From Candidatus Kuenenia stuttgartensis (lineage in GTDB: Bacteria > Planctomycetota > Brocadiia > Brocadiales > Brocadiaceae): a DNA stretch of 32,000 nucleotides. The stretch covers positions 240,001 to 272,000 of the forward strand of contig NZ_LT934425.1 in NCBI RefSeq assembly GCF_900232105.1, given 5' to 3'. The notes beneath the pieces were generated by a model, which ran no database searches, was not told where the DNA came from, and worked only from the letters and a program-made list of their open reading frames with translations. Shown piece after piece: positions 1 to 7,810 of this stretch. Numbering within the stretch: the stretch's first letter is position 1; every line of letters starts with the position of its first letter. The translations under genes were made by a program, and so were the position numbers.

Positions 1-1
1 C

Positions 2-748
2 TGCGAGATAAAGGATGATGAGGTTCGATATATTCTGAGGCGCAATCCGGTAAGGGCGGAAGAGATGTCAAAGACCCGTGTATCAAAATTACAGAGTATA
101 GAGAAATACATCGTGAAGAAGAACAGTTATCTGAAGGAACATCCTAAGTCGTCAGTATCGAAGGCACTGGAAACAACAAGGGAAAGGCTAACGAGATTGA
201 AACTTGATGGGTGGGTGCAGATAAAAGAAGAGGATAGGACGCTAAAGATAGAGAGAGATGAGGAAGCATTAAAGGAGGCATCATACCTTGATGGTTGTTA
301 CGCAATCAAGACTGATCTTGAGGAGAACGAGGCGGATACCAATCTGGTACATGAACGATACAAGGATTTAACGGAAGTGGAGAAGGCGTTTCGGGACTGT
401 AAGACGGTGAATTTGGAGGTTCGTCCGGTGTATGTAAGAAAGGAGGATAGTACACGGGGACATGTGTTTGTGGTAATGCTTGCGTACATGATAATTCGAA
501 GGCTGCGCAGAGCGTGGAAGAATTTTGACTTGACGGTAGAGGAAGGTCTCGCACAATTGACGACCATTTGTTCGATGGAAGTAACAATCAAAGGCCAAAA
601 AGCTAGTTGCCAGAAGATCCCGCGTCCGCGGCAACAATCACATGAATTATTAGAGGCATTACAGATAAAGTTGCCAGAAGTATTGCCAAGCCGGAACATA
701 CGGGTAGTCACTAGAAAAAAGCTTGCTGTTCGGCGTAAAAGTCAATAA
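2..748 (+). CDS. IS1634/IS4-like DDE transposase, C-terminal part (truncated by window edge)
   Basis: Reading frame is open upstream of the listed ATG (CEIKDDEVRYILRRNPVRAEEMSK...). C-terminal features include 'LDGCYAIKTDL', 'VHERYKDLTEVEKAFRDCKT..LEVRPVYVR' and 'RGHVFVVMLAYMI', typical of IS1634-like transposases. Confidence 0.85.
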   Translation, partial: CEIKDDEVRYILRRNPVRAEEMSKTRVSKLQSIEKYIVKKNSYLKEHPKSSVSKALETTRERLTRLKLDGWVQIKEEDRTLKIERDEEALKEASYLDGCYAIKTDLEENEADTNLVHERYKDLTEVEKAFRDCKTVNLEVRPVYVRKEDSTRGHVFVVMLAYMIIRRLRRAWKNFDLTVEEGLAQLTTICSMEVTIKGQKASCQKIPRPRQQSHELLEALQIKLPEVLPSRNIRVVTRKKLAVRRKSQ

Positions 749-956
749 ATATAAGGCTTTTACGGCACTTTTGTTTTTTGACTTGGGGTGAACATCCGTT
801 AAAAGACAAAAACCCAACCTAATTTATATTATTCCATTATAGCCAAACAAATCAAGTTTTGGAAATTCAGGATAACGCAGCATGTAATACACACCCCGTC
901 TGCTCCGCTACCACCCCTCTTTTTATAGGAGAAAGCCGGAAGTCCCCTCTAAAAAG

Positions 957-3342
957 CTAATCTTTACCCACAAATTTCAAGAGCACCGTAGTTGTACGGC
1001 CAATTGAGCTGAAGGCTAAGTGGTGTAAAGTTCGTAAGCAACTTCAATATCAGCCAAACGTGACATGCCTCGCCAAAGTACTTCACTTCCGGGATGGCCA
1101 TCACCACGGCGACCCAGATGACCGCCAAGTTTACCTAAAAGCCGCACGGCATCATTGAGGCTTGGAGGTAAATCAGGAGGCTCCTTGACCTTGTTCGCAA
1201 AAGTTGTCAATGCTTTCCATTCAGAATCGCTGAAGTAGACAGTACAAGGGACATCAGGTGTTTCTTGTCCTAAAGTAGTCAGGTAATGGATACGCCAAGC
1301 TATAATCATATCAATGGCCAAAGCGTTGCACAGACGACGGGCACTCTCCAACTGCCGGGACTCGACACGACAACCGCTCTTGATAATACGATGATAACAC
1401 TCAATACCCCATCGGCGAGCATACCATTCCAAACGTTCGTAAGCATCTTTTTCATGCTTAACCGCAACTGTAGTTAACAGCATCCATTCTAACCCATCAA
1501 TTCCGATAGGCGGATTGACTTCCTGCGCCAGCACCGCCCACACCCTGACCGCAGGCATATTCTTTTTTAGCATAGGTGGGCGTAGCGTAACAGGCATCGT
1601 TCGTACCATAAGTATTGCCTGACGTGCGGAGCGTTTCTCACTCGGAGGTATCAATATTTCGCGGGTACCTATAACCGGTTGCTGTTCCAGTTTAGTCCAC
1701 AAAAACTCGCATGATTCTTTATCATCAACAACCGTTCTATTGCGCGAACGTTCTGCACGGATCAGCAACTGAGCGCCATCAGGCGTATTATACTGCTCAG
1801 CGAATACCTCGTGAATATCGGCCTCACGATCTGCCACAACCACCAGCAAAGATTTGTTTCGACAGCGTTTCTGTACTTGCGATACTGCATGGTAACTCTC
1901 CACCCATTTCCAGCTTTCCTTCTCTTCGATAGGCTTCTTGTGTCGTTCATGTTTGCTGCCTATTCCGTCCCGCGCCCAGCATTGCACATTCAGAAGTCCC
2001 AAGGGTGTACCACTTTCAGTAAACGCCATCGTATCATGCACCATCAGTCCACGAACTTTTTCACTCTTAGTACCTATCGGCCCTAACCCCTGCGTATTCG
2101 GATGTGTGCTATAATTCAGAGTCGTAGTATCTTGCGCTACCAAAACCAAACTATTCTCCTTCACACGCTCTTCCGTGGCCTCATAATGAGCTTGCAATAT
2201 CGCCTTCCAATCTACATTCTCATTGTCAAGGAATCGGTATGCAGCCTTAGTCGCACTGACTGAGCCGCACGCCTGCGGAATGTTTGCCAAAGGTTTGTCA
2301 TAAAACATACCTGTCATTTCTAAAAGTCTTGAGGTCAATCGTGCATCGCCCAATTTTGTTCCTCCAAGTTCCGCTTCTATCCAATCCCGAGGCTCTTTTT
2401 GTGCCACTCTTTGGCGAACATGTACTTTGCCATCGGCACAACAACACAACACCGCCTGCCATTTCTTTTGCAACGGCATAACATAAACGTCTTTGACCGT
2501 TGCACCTGTTCCTTTTCGTCCTCGACCTTCCGTGCCTCCAACATACTTCCAGTTAGCTGCCCGATAACAGCTTCCGGAAAACCGTCCTCGTTCCACATAG
2601 GTTTCTAAAAGTACAGGACGATATTTATACACTCTTTCCCAATCATCTACCAAACGTGTTTGGCATTTTGCCAATACATGCGATGCCAAACATTTTACTC
2701 TTACCGTAGGCGCTATTAAATACCGACTGTTATTGATAACAAACGTATGATTCCGCTTACGTGCTTCCTCCGTCCATCCTATCCACTCGTCGCGACTTTC
2801 CACCCGTCTGGCACAGGCACTATAACTTAGCCCTCCTATCCATCCGTAATGTTCACTGCGTACAAGATACCGAAGTTGCGCCCCGCATAGGGGCCCACTT
2901 CCAAGATAATGATGCGCTTCTAACATGCTACGCCAAAGTTTCGAATGGAATCTCGTTGTAACCCGTATAATCTCTACGTCACCCAACTCCGCTAGCTCGC
3001 ATGACACTTCCGCAATCGGAGGCGCCTCCGCAGGTTTATTGACTTTTTGAAATGCATAATGCTTGTTCACCTTTGGAAGATTGATCTCTTTACGACGATC
3101 CAATTCCAATAACGCCTTGCGACAACTCATCTCTTGCAAACGGCCCGCTTGATTCCTCCAGTCCATCCATTCGCATACCAGACGCGACAGTTTACGACGC
3201 GATAGACAGGGTTCCTTTTGGATAGTTTCTGATAAACGCTTTATTACATCATCTGAAAATATTCGACCTCCTACTCTAAGCATGTACACAGTGTAACATA
3301 CGGTTAACACGGTGTCCAGCAAAAAATATGGGTCATCCCCAG
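957..3342 (-). mobile_element. IS4/Tn5-like insertion sequence encoding a DUF4338 (DruA-like)-transposase fusion; 2,386 bp
   Basis: Flanked by 8-bp direct repeats CTAAAAAG (949-956 and 3343-3350). Imperfect terminal inverted repeats: CTAATCTTTACCCACAAATTTC versus CTGGGGATGACCCATATTTTTT (reverse complement of the right end). It encloses the 768-aa ORF. Confidence 0.85.
1016..3283 (-). CDS. IS4-family transposase with N-terminal DUF4338/DruA-like domain, a Tn5-type DNA-binding segment and a DDE domain
   Basis: N-terminal half has DUF4338-like features ('HHYLGSGPLCGAQLRYLVRSEHYGWIGGLSYSACA', 'NNSRYLIAPTVRVKCLASHVLAKC', 'ERGRFSGSCYRAANWKYVGGTEGRG'). C-terminal half has 'ELGGTKLGDARLTSRLLEM', 'QDTTTLNYS', 'VADREADI' and 'RRWGIECYHRIIKSGCRVESRQL'. 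The track start at 3322 is TTG; the ATG at 3283 (MLRVGG...) is more likely. Confidence 0.85.
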   Translation of the reverse strand: MLRVGGRIFSDDVIKRLSETIQKEPCLSRRKLSRLVCEWMDWRNQAGRLQEMSCRKALLELDRRKEINLPKVNKHYAFQKVNKPAEAPPIAEVSCELAELGDVEIIRVTTRFHSKLWRSMLEAHHYLGSGPLCGAQLRYLVRSEHYGWIGGLSYSACARRVESRDEWIGWTEEARKRNHTFVINNSRYLIAPTVRVKCLASHVLAKCQTRLVDDWERVYKYRPVLLETYVERGRFSGSCYRAANWKYVGGTEGRGRKGTGATVKDVYVMPLQKKWQAVLCCCADGKVHVRQRVAQKEPRDWIEAELGGTKLGDARLTSRLLEMTGMFYDKPLANIPQACGSVSATKAAYRFLDNENVDWKAILQAHYEATEERVKENSLVLVAQDTTTLNYSTHPNTQGLGPIGTKSEKVRGLMVHDTMAFTESGTPLGLLNVQCWARDGIGSKHERHKKPIEEKESWKWVESYHAVSQVQKRCRNKSLLVVVADREADIHEVFAEQYNTPDGAQLLIRAERSRNRTVVDDKESCEFLWTKLEQQPVIGTREILIPPSEKRSARQAILMVRTMPVTLRPPMLKKNMPAVRVWAVLAQEVNPPIGIDGLEWMLLTTVAVKHEKDAYERLEWYARRWGIECYHRIIKSGCRVESRQLESARRLCNALAIDMIIAWRIHYLTTLGQETPDVPCTVYFSDSEWKALTTFANKVKEPPDLPPSLNDAVRLLGKLGGHLGRRGDGHPGSEVLWRGMSRLADIEVAYELYTT

Positions 3343-3370
3343 CTAAAAAGAGGGGATTTAGGGGTGTGTA

Positions 3371-3625
3371 AATATTCTAAAATCATATTTGTTTGACTAT
3401 AGAAGATGTTTTCGTCGTATTCCTTCCTGATAAGCTGGCTGTGTACAACTAACTCATTAACAACTGACCAATCATCCTTTGCCAGATCCAGAAATCCTTT
3501 TACCGCTTCCTCACGCATGGGATACACGACTGTGATGCTCAAGAGATCATCTTCTACATTTCCAGTGAAAGCAAAGGCATTCCCCTCGTAGCCAATAATG
3601 AAGGAAATAAAGGGCGAAGACAGGT
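3371..3625 (-). pseudogene. C-terminal fragment of a radical SAM protein (COG0731-like)
   Basis: Continuous translation ...LSSPFISFIIGYEGNAFAFTGNVEDDLLSITVVYPMREEAVKGFLDLAKDDWSVVNELVVHSQLIRKEYDENIFY. Resembles the C-terminus of this radical SAM family, truncated upstream and running into the palindromic repeat downstream. Confidence 0.55.
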
Positions 3626-3843
3626 TGGTATCAATGGCAAATTATTTTAGGTAAAATGATCAAAAGAAGTGGAAATACAATATTTCCACGTATGATGTGG
3701 TTGATCCAAGAGGAGTCTATAAGGGCATATAATTAAAACTCAAGGCATATGAGAATAATCAGGACACTTCCCATATTTCTTGATTGATCTGGGAAAATAA
3801 GAGGAAGTGTCCCTATATTTATAATAATGATAAAGGAAAATAC

Positions 3844-4410
3844 TTAAGCAAATTTTTCAAATTTTTCTTTAGTAGCATTGCAAAGAGGGCACGTGTCAGG
3901 AGCTTCACCCTCCAAAGTATAACCACAAACGGAACATACCTGGATTGCATCAAGTTTTGGATCATTATTATTATTCACTGCATCTTTCGCCTTATCAAAC
4001 AGCTTTTTATGCATTTTTTCTGTTCCCAAAGCCCATTCAAAACTTCGTTGTGCATCATTTTCCTTCTGAAATTTTGCAACTTCAATAAAAACAGGGTACA
4101 TTTCATTGATTTCAAACTCTTCCCCCATCAGAGCAAGACCCAGATTCTTTAGCGTTTCACCGGGACCGAAAGTCGCAGCACTATTCGCCACAAATCCACC
4201 GTTCAAATGTTTTAATGTTTCATAATGGCTTCTTGCATGAATCGTTTCTGCATGAGCAATTGCCCTGAATAATCGACCGGCATTAGGATAGCCTTCTTTA
4301 TCAGCCAGGTTCGCAAAATGGGTGTAGCGCATAAAGGCCTGACTTTCACCCCCAAATGCATTAATCATATTCTGTTCTGTCATCTTTCTCATGTGTATAT
4401 TCCTCCCCAC
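3844..4410 (-). CDS. Rubrerythrin
   Basis: MTEQNMINAFGGESQAFMRYTHFANLA... plus C-terminal rubredoxin-like motif CSVCGYTLEGEAPDTCPLC. True start probably internal, at MTEQNM. Confidence 0.93.
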   Translation of the reverse strand: MGRNIHMRKMTEQNMINAFGGESQAFMRYTHFANLADKEGYPNAGRLFRAIAHAETIHARSHYETLKHLNGGFVANSAATFGPGETLKNLGLALMGEEFEINEMYPVFIEVAKFQKENDAQRSFEWALGTEKMHKKLFDKAKDAVNNNNDPKLDAIQVCSVCGYTLEGEAPDTCPLCNATKEKFEKFA

Positions 4411-4466
4411 TGGTTTAATTATAAAATATGCTTAAAAACTTCCTTCATTGTCACTGGTTTTCATGA

Positions 4467-4757
4467 TTAATCTTTAAATTTTGCCATTGCATTGCTAAAA
4501 GCGGATTTCAGTGCTTCCCAAGCTGTTTCTGACCCTGCTTTGATATCTTCCCAGGATTCTTCTGCTGCAGATTTGAGTTGTTGGAGCTTGCCTTGCAATG
4601 CTTTATAGTCGTTTTCCAATGAATCGATGTTCTTATAGTATTCTATCTTTGCTTCTGCATTTGCCTTGTCCGCTTTGGCCTTTAAATTCTCAATCTTTGA
4701 TCTCCATTCCCTTAGTTGTGCATCTAGCTTTTCTTCATATGCCTTTCTCTTATCCAT
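4467..4757 (-). CDS. Small coiled-coil protein (sll1863-type stress protein-like)
   Basis: MDKRKAYEEKLDAQLREWRSKIENLKAKADKANAEAKIEYYKNIDSLENDYKALQGKLQQLK...; heptad-rich. Confidence 0.65.
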   Translation of the reverse strand: MDKRKAYEEKLDAQLREWRSKIENLKAKADKANAEAKIEYYKNIDSLENDYKALQGKLQQLKSAAEESWEDIKAGSETAWEALKSAFSNAMAKFKD

Positions 4758-4773
4758 AACAAATCTCCTCTTT

Positions 4774-4983
4774 CTAAATACGCCCGATTAAAAGTAAAAT
4801 GAGTAAAATTATCAGGATAAATCCCAAAGAACCGCTTGGATAAAACCCCCAACTTATACTATAGGGCCACGTCGGTAATGCCCCAAGAAGAGCCAAAACG
4901 AGTAGTACTATCAGTATCGTTCTTAACAATTTATATCTCCTTTTAAAATGGTATAAGATGAAACATATTTTGCTTTTCCACAC
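4774..4983 (-). CDS. DUF3309-like small membrane protein
   Basis: TILIVLLVLALLGALPTWPYSISWGFYPSGSLGFILIILLILLLIGRI; true start probably internal. Confidence 0.7.
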   Translation of the reverse strand: MWKSKICFILYHFKRRYKLLRTILIVLLVLALLGALPTWPYSISWGFYPSGSLGFILIILLILLLIGRI

Positions 4984-5005
4984 CTTGAAAGTCTGAAAAA
5001 GTATT

Positions 5006-5200
5006 TCAAACCGGCGGTCTTCGCCTCCCGAATAATCCGGCTATCAAAAAGAAGATAAAGACAACTATAAAAATAAAGAACAATATCTTTGCTATCCCTG
5101 CCGACGCAGCAGCCAACCCGCCAAAACCTAAAAAAGCAGCAACAATTGAAATGATAAAAAAAACCAAAGCCCAGTAAAGCATAGTACTATCTCCTTTCAT
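5006..5200 (-). CDS. DUF1328-like small membrane protein
   Basis: [54 protein letters not shown]. Confidence 0.8.
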   Translation of the reverse strand: MKGDSTMLYWALVFFIISIVAAFLGFGGLAAASAGIAKILFFIFIVVFIFFLIAGLFGRRRPPV

Positions 5201-5331
5201 TTTAAAAAAAATTTAAATAACGATTTCTACAGTTTTCATGCAAAAAACCCTTAACAACAAATGGGAAAAATATGTTTATCAAAAATGCACCTGCAGTAAG
5301 AATATCTGACAAAAGAATTGACTGACGCAGA

Positions 5332-6291
5332 CTACCATTGTTTTGTTTTGTCGCTATCTTCAACAAATAACTTGCCCGTCACAAGAAGGTTTTGAATTGC
5401 TTCCTGATAATACGGCTTTCCCCTGCTTGCAAGGGAACCAGGAAACGTTGCAAGCGTTATATCTGCACATGATTCTGTAAATTCATTCAGTACAATTGCA
5501 CACCGTTGATCATACGACAAAGTAACATTATGAATCATAGGAAAATCGAAAAGGCTTACCCAAAACTCGGTAGTTTTTTTATCGACTTCCGTAGCATTCT
5601 CCTTTATCGTCCTGACTTCCAGCCTGACTAATATTTCTTTTGATTCGATGTTGACTTTTATTACACTCGTTTTATAGTTTCTCTCGATACCTTCTACCAT
5701 AAGGTTATCTTCCTCTAACTGAAGGGACCCATGGCTTTGTTCAAGCCGTTCAATATCAACCATTCGCGAAAATTTATCGCCGGCTCCTTCCAAAATCAAC
5801 ATCTGCTTTTCAATTATTGTCTGTGCAGTTTGATACAAACGCGTTAAATACTCTTTATGCATATTATTGGATAGAGAAGAAACAGACATTTTTTCTTTCA
5901 TATATTCAAAAAATGGTTTCAGATTAAAACTTTCATGGAAATTATTTGCAATAAGTTCAAAATTTAACATTTGCTCATTCAGTTTAAACGTATCAGCTTC
6001 AGAAAATATTTTTATACTTGAATTGAACAGGTCTTCACGCAATTTATTTTCCGCTTCTTCTTGTTTCCTCATAATACCGGAGTAGACTTGAATTGCTTCC
6101 ATGGTGAGTACTCCTCTTTCTGTAAGTGCTTTAGCAGCCGCCCGTTCCTTTAAATAATTGGAGCCTAAATATCCGGAAACAAGAATAGCCGTTGCAACAA
6201 AAAGACTTCCGCATGGTCCGATATAACAACTGATAAGCCTTTCTACCCTGCTACAATATTGAATATTCGTCTCTTCTTTCTCATATTCCAT
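5332..6291 (-). CDS. Hypothetical protein with an N-terminal membrane segment (paralogue of 6477..7433)
   Basis: 319-aa ORF with 'YIGPCGSLFVATAILVSGYLGSNYLKERAAAKALTERGVLTMEAIQVYSGIMRKQEEAENKL', closely matching the neighbouring ORF. Confidence 0.8.
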   Translation of the reverse strand: MEYEKEETNIQYCSRVERLISCYIGPCGSLFVATAILVSGYLGSNYLKERAAAKALTERGVLTMEAIQVYSGIMRKQEEAENKLREDLFNSSIKIFSEADTFKLNEQMLNFELIANNFHESFNLKPFFEYMKEKMSVSSLSNNMHKEYLTRLYQTAQTIIEKQMLILEGAGDKFSRMVDIERLEQSHGSLQLEEDNLMVEGIERNYKTSVIKVNIESKEILVRLEVRTIKENATEVDKKTTEFWVSLFDFPMIHNVTLSYDQRCAIVLNEFTESCADITLATFPGSLASRGKPYYQEAIQNLLVTGKLFVEDSDKTKQW

Positions 6292-6476
6292 GCTTATTTT
6301 CTCTGTATAAAGGAATCAACATTCTTTTATCTTACAATCCTATATGAATAGGTTCTGTTTCAAAATAAATAACATTGATTTTAAAAAAGGCATTTCTATT
6401 ACTATTATTTCTCCAGAAAATCGTTACAGTTTTTTTAGACACTTTTCCAACAAAATACTTTGTTCATATTATAAGG

Positions 6477-7433
6477 CTACCAAAGTTCTTTGTTGATATT
6501 TTCATCAAATAATTTTCCTGTCATGAGGAGGTTTTGAATCACTTCCTGATAATAGGGTTTTCCCCTTACGGCCAAAGAACCAGGGAATGTTACCAGTGTG
6601 ATATCCGCACATGATTCTGTAAATTCATTCAATACAATTGCACACCGTTGATCATGTAACAGGGTAACATTATGAATCATAGGAAAATTAAAATAATCTA
6701 GCCTATACTCAGAAATTATTGTATTAACGTCTTCTGAAGATTTTCTCTGTGTTCTTATTTCCAACCTGACCAACATTTCTTTTAATTTATCGTTCGCTTT
6801 TCGTACATAAATTTTATAGTTTCTCTTTATCCCTTCTACAATAAGACTTTCTTCTTCTAGTTGAAGACTTCCCTGAATTTGCCCCAGCCTTTCCAAATCT
6901 ACCATTCGTGAAAATTTCTCACCCTCTCCTTCTAAAACCATCATTTGCTTTTTCATTATCGATTTTGCTGTAGCATATAAACGAGTTAAATATATTTCTT
7001 TCGGGGCATATCCCGAAGAAACTTGTATTTGTTCTCTTATAAAACTAAAAAAAGGTTTCAAATTAAAAGTTTCATGGAAGTTTAAAGCAAGAAGTTCCAA
7101 ATTTAATATTTGTTCTTCAAGTTTACAGGTATCCGGCATAGAAAACACTTTCATACTTGAATTAAACATATCTTCGTGCAATTTATTTTCCGCCTCTTCT
7201 TGTTCCCTCATCATATCGGAGTATATCTGTATTGCCTCCATGGTGAGTACACCCTTTTCTGAACGTGCTTTAGCATCTGCCCGCTCCTTTAAATAATTGG
7301 AACCTAAATATCCTGAAATAAGTATTGCAGTTGCAATAATCAGGCTGCCACATGGCCCTAGATAATGTGTAGTAAACTTTTCAAATTTAGTACCCAAATA
7401 TTTTTCTTTTTTAGCTTTTTCTTTCTCCGCCAT
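6477..7433 (-). CDS. Hypothetical protein with an N-terminal membrane segment (paralogue of 5332..6291)
   Basis: 318-aa ORF with 'YLGPCGSLIIATAILISGYLGSNYLKERADAKARSEKGVLTMEAIQIYSDMMREQEEAENKL' and 'DQRCAIVLNEFTESCADITLVTFPGSLAVRGKPYYQEVIQNLL'. Confidence 0.8.
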   Translation of the reverse strand: MAEKEKAKKEKYLGTKFEKFTTHYLGPCGSLIIATAILISGYLGSNYLKERADAKARSEKGVLTMEAIQIYSDMMREQEEAENKLHEDMFNSSMKVFSMPDTCKLEEQILNLELLALNFHETFNLKPFFSFIREQIQVSSGYAPKEIYLTRLYATAKSIMKKQMMVLEGEGEKFSRMVDLERLGQIQGSLQLEEESLIVEGIKRNYKIYVRKANDKLKEMLVRLEIRTQRKSSEDVNTIISEYRLDYFNFPMIHNVTLLHDQRCAIVLNEFTESCADITLVTFPGSLAVRGKPYYQEVIQNLLMTGKLFDENINKELW

Positions 7434-7435
7434 GC

Positions 7436-7798
7436 TTATCTTCTCCTTGCCAGGAAAGAACCGTTTTTTTCTTCTAAAACGAAATCATATTGGATCGCAT
7501 TCTCATAGATATATATTAAAATCGGTTCTGACATTAATTCTTCATTCCGTATTATAAGAAGGCCACGTCCTTTCCCCGGCACATATAATGAATAGGATCC
7601 ATATTGTGCACATTTTGAAGAGTAAGTCTTTCCGGATGTTAGCATTTCAAGTTTTATCTCTGACCCTTCTGCTATTGGCTTTCCATCTTTTTTTATTGTT
7701 CCGTAAATTTCTCCCGAAAAAGCAATAGTAGTATTAAGCAACAGAAACAATATAACTATTAAATATTTTTTCATTCCCGATTCCTTCATTGCCTCCAA
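7436..7798 (-). CDS. Secreted protein with a carboxypeptidase-regulatory-like beta-sandwich
   Basis: Signal peptide (YLIVILFLLLNTTIAFS) followed by GEIYGTIKKDGKPIAEGSEIKLEM...GSYSLYVPGKGRGLLII. Confidence 0.6.
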   Translation of the reverse strand: MEAMKESGMKKYLIVILFLLLNTTIAFSGEIYGTIKKDGKPIAEGSEIKLEMLTSGKTYSSKCAQYGSYSLYVPGKGRGLLIIRNEELMSEPILIYIYENAIQYDFVLEEKNGSFLARRR

Positions 7799-7810
7799 AT
7801 GCTTAATCGA

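Larger units (their letters stand above)
888..3370. repeat. Small palindromic repeat (about 89 bp when the IS and one TSD copy are removed) interrupted by the IS4-like element
   Basis: TACACACCCC (888-897) and GGGGTGTGTA (3361-3370) are a perfect 10-bp inverted repeat outside the IS. The restored centre reads CCCCTCTAAAAAGAGGGG. Confidence 0.6.

Noticed and set aside
2761-2961. Plus-strand ORFs opposite the IS4 transposase (also 1286-1477, 1711-1932, 1811-2086, 2284-2481, 2399-2608)
   Set aside because: All are antisense shadows of a well-supported long ORF.
1016-3283. Druantia defence system
   Set aside because: Only a DruA-like domain is present, fused to a transposase inside an IS. No DruB-E-like or helicase genes are nearby, so it is treated as a mobile-element protein.
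3784-4152. 122-aa plus-strand ORF
   Set aside because: Largely antisense to the rubrerythrin gene and its downstream region, composition is AT-driven (poly-F/K/I) and no recognisable domain.
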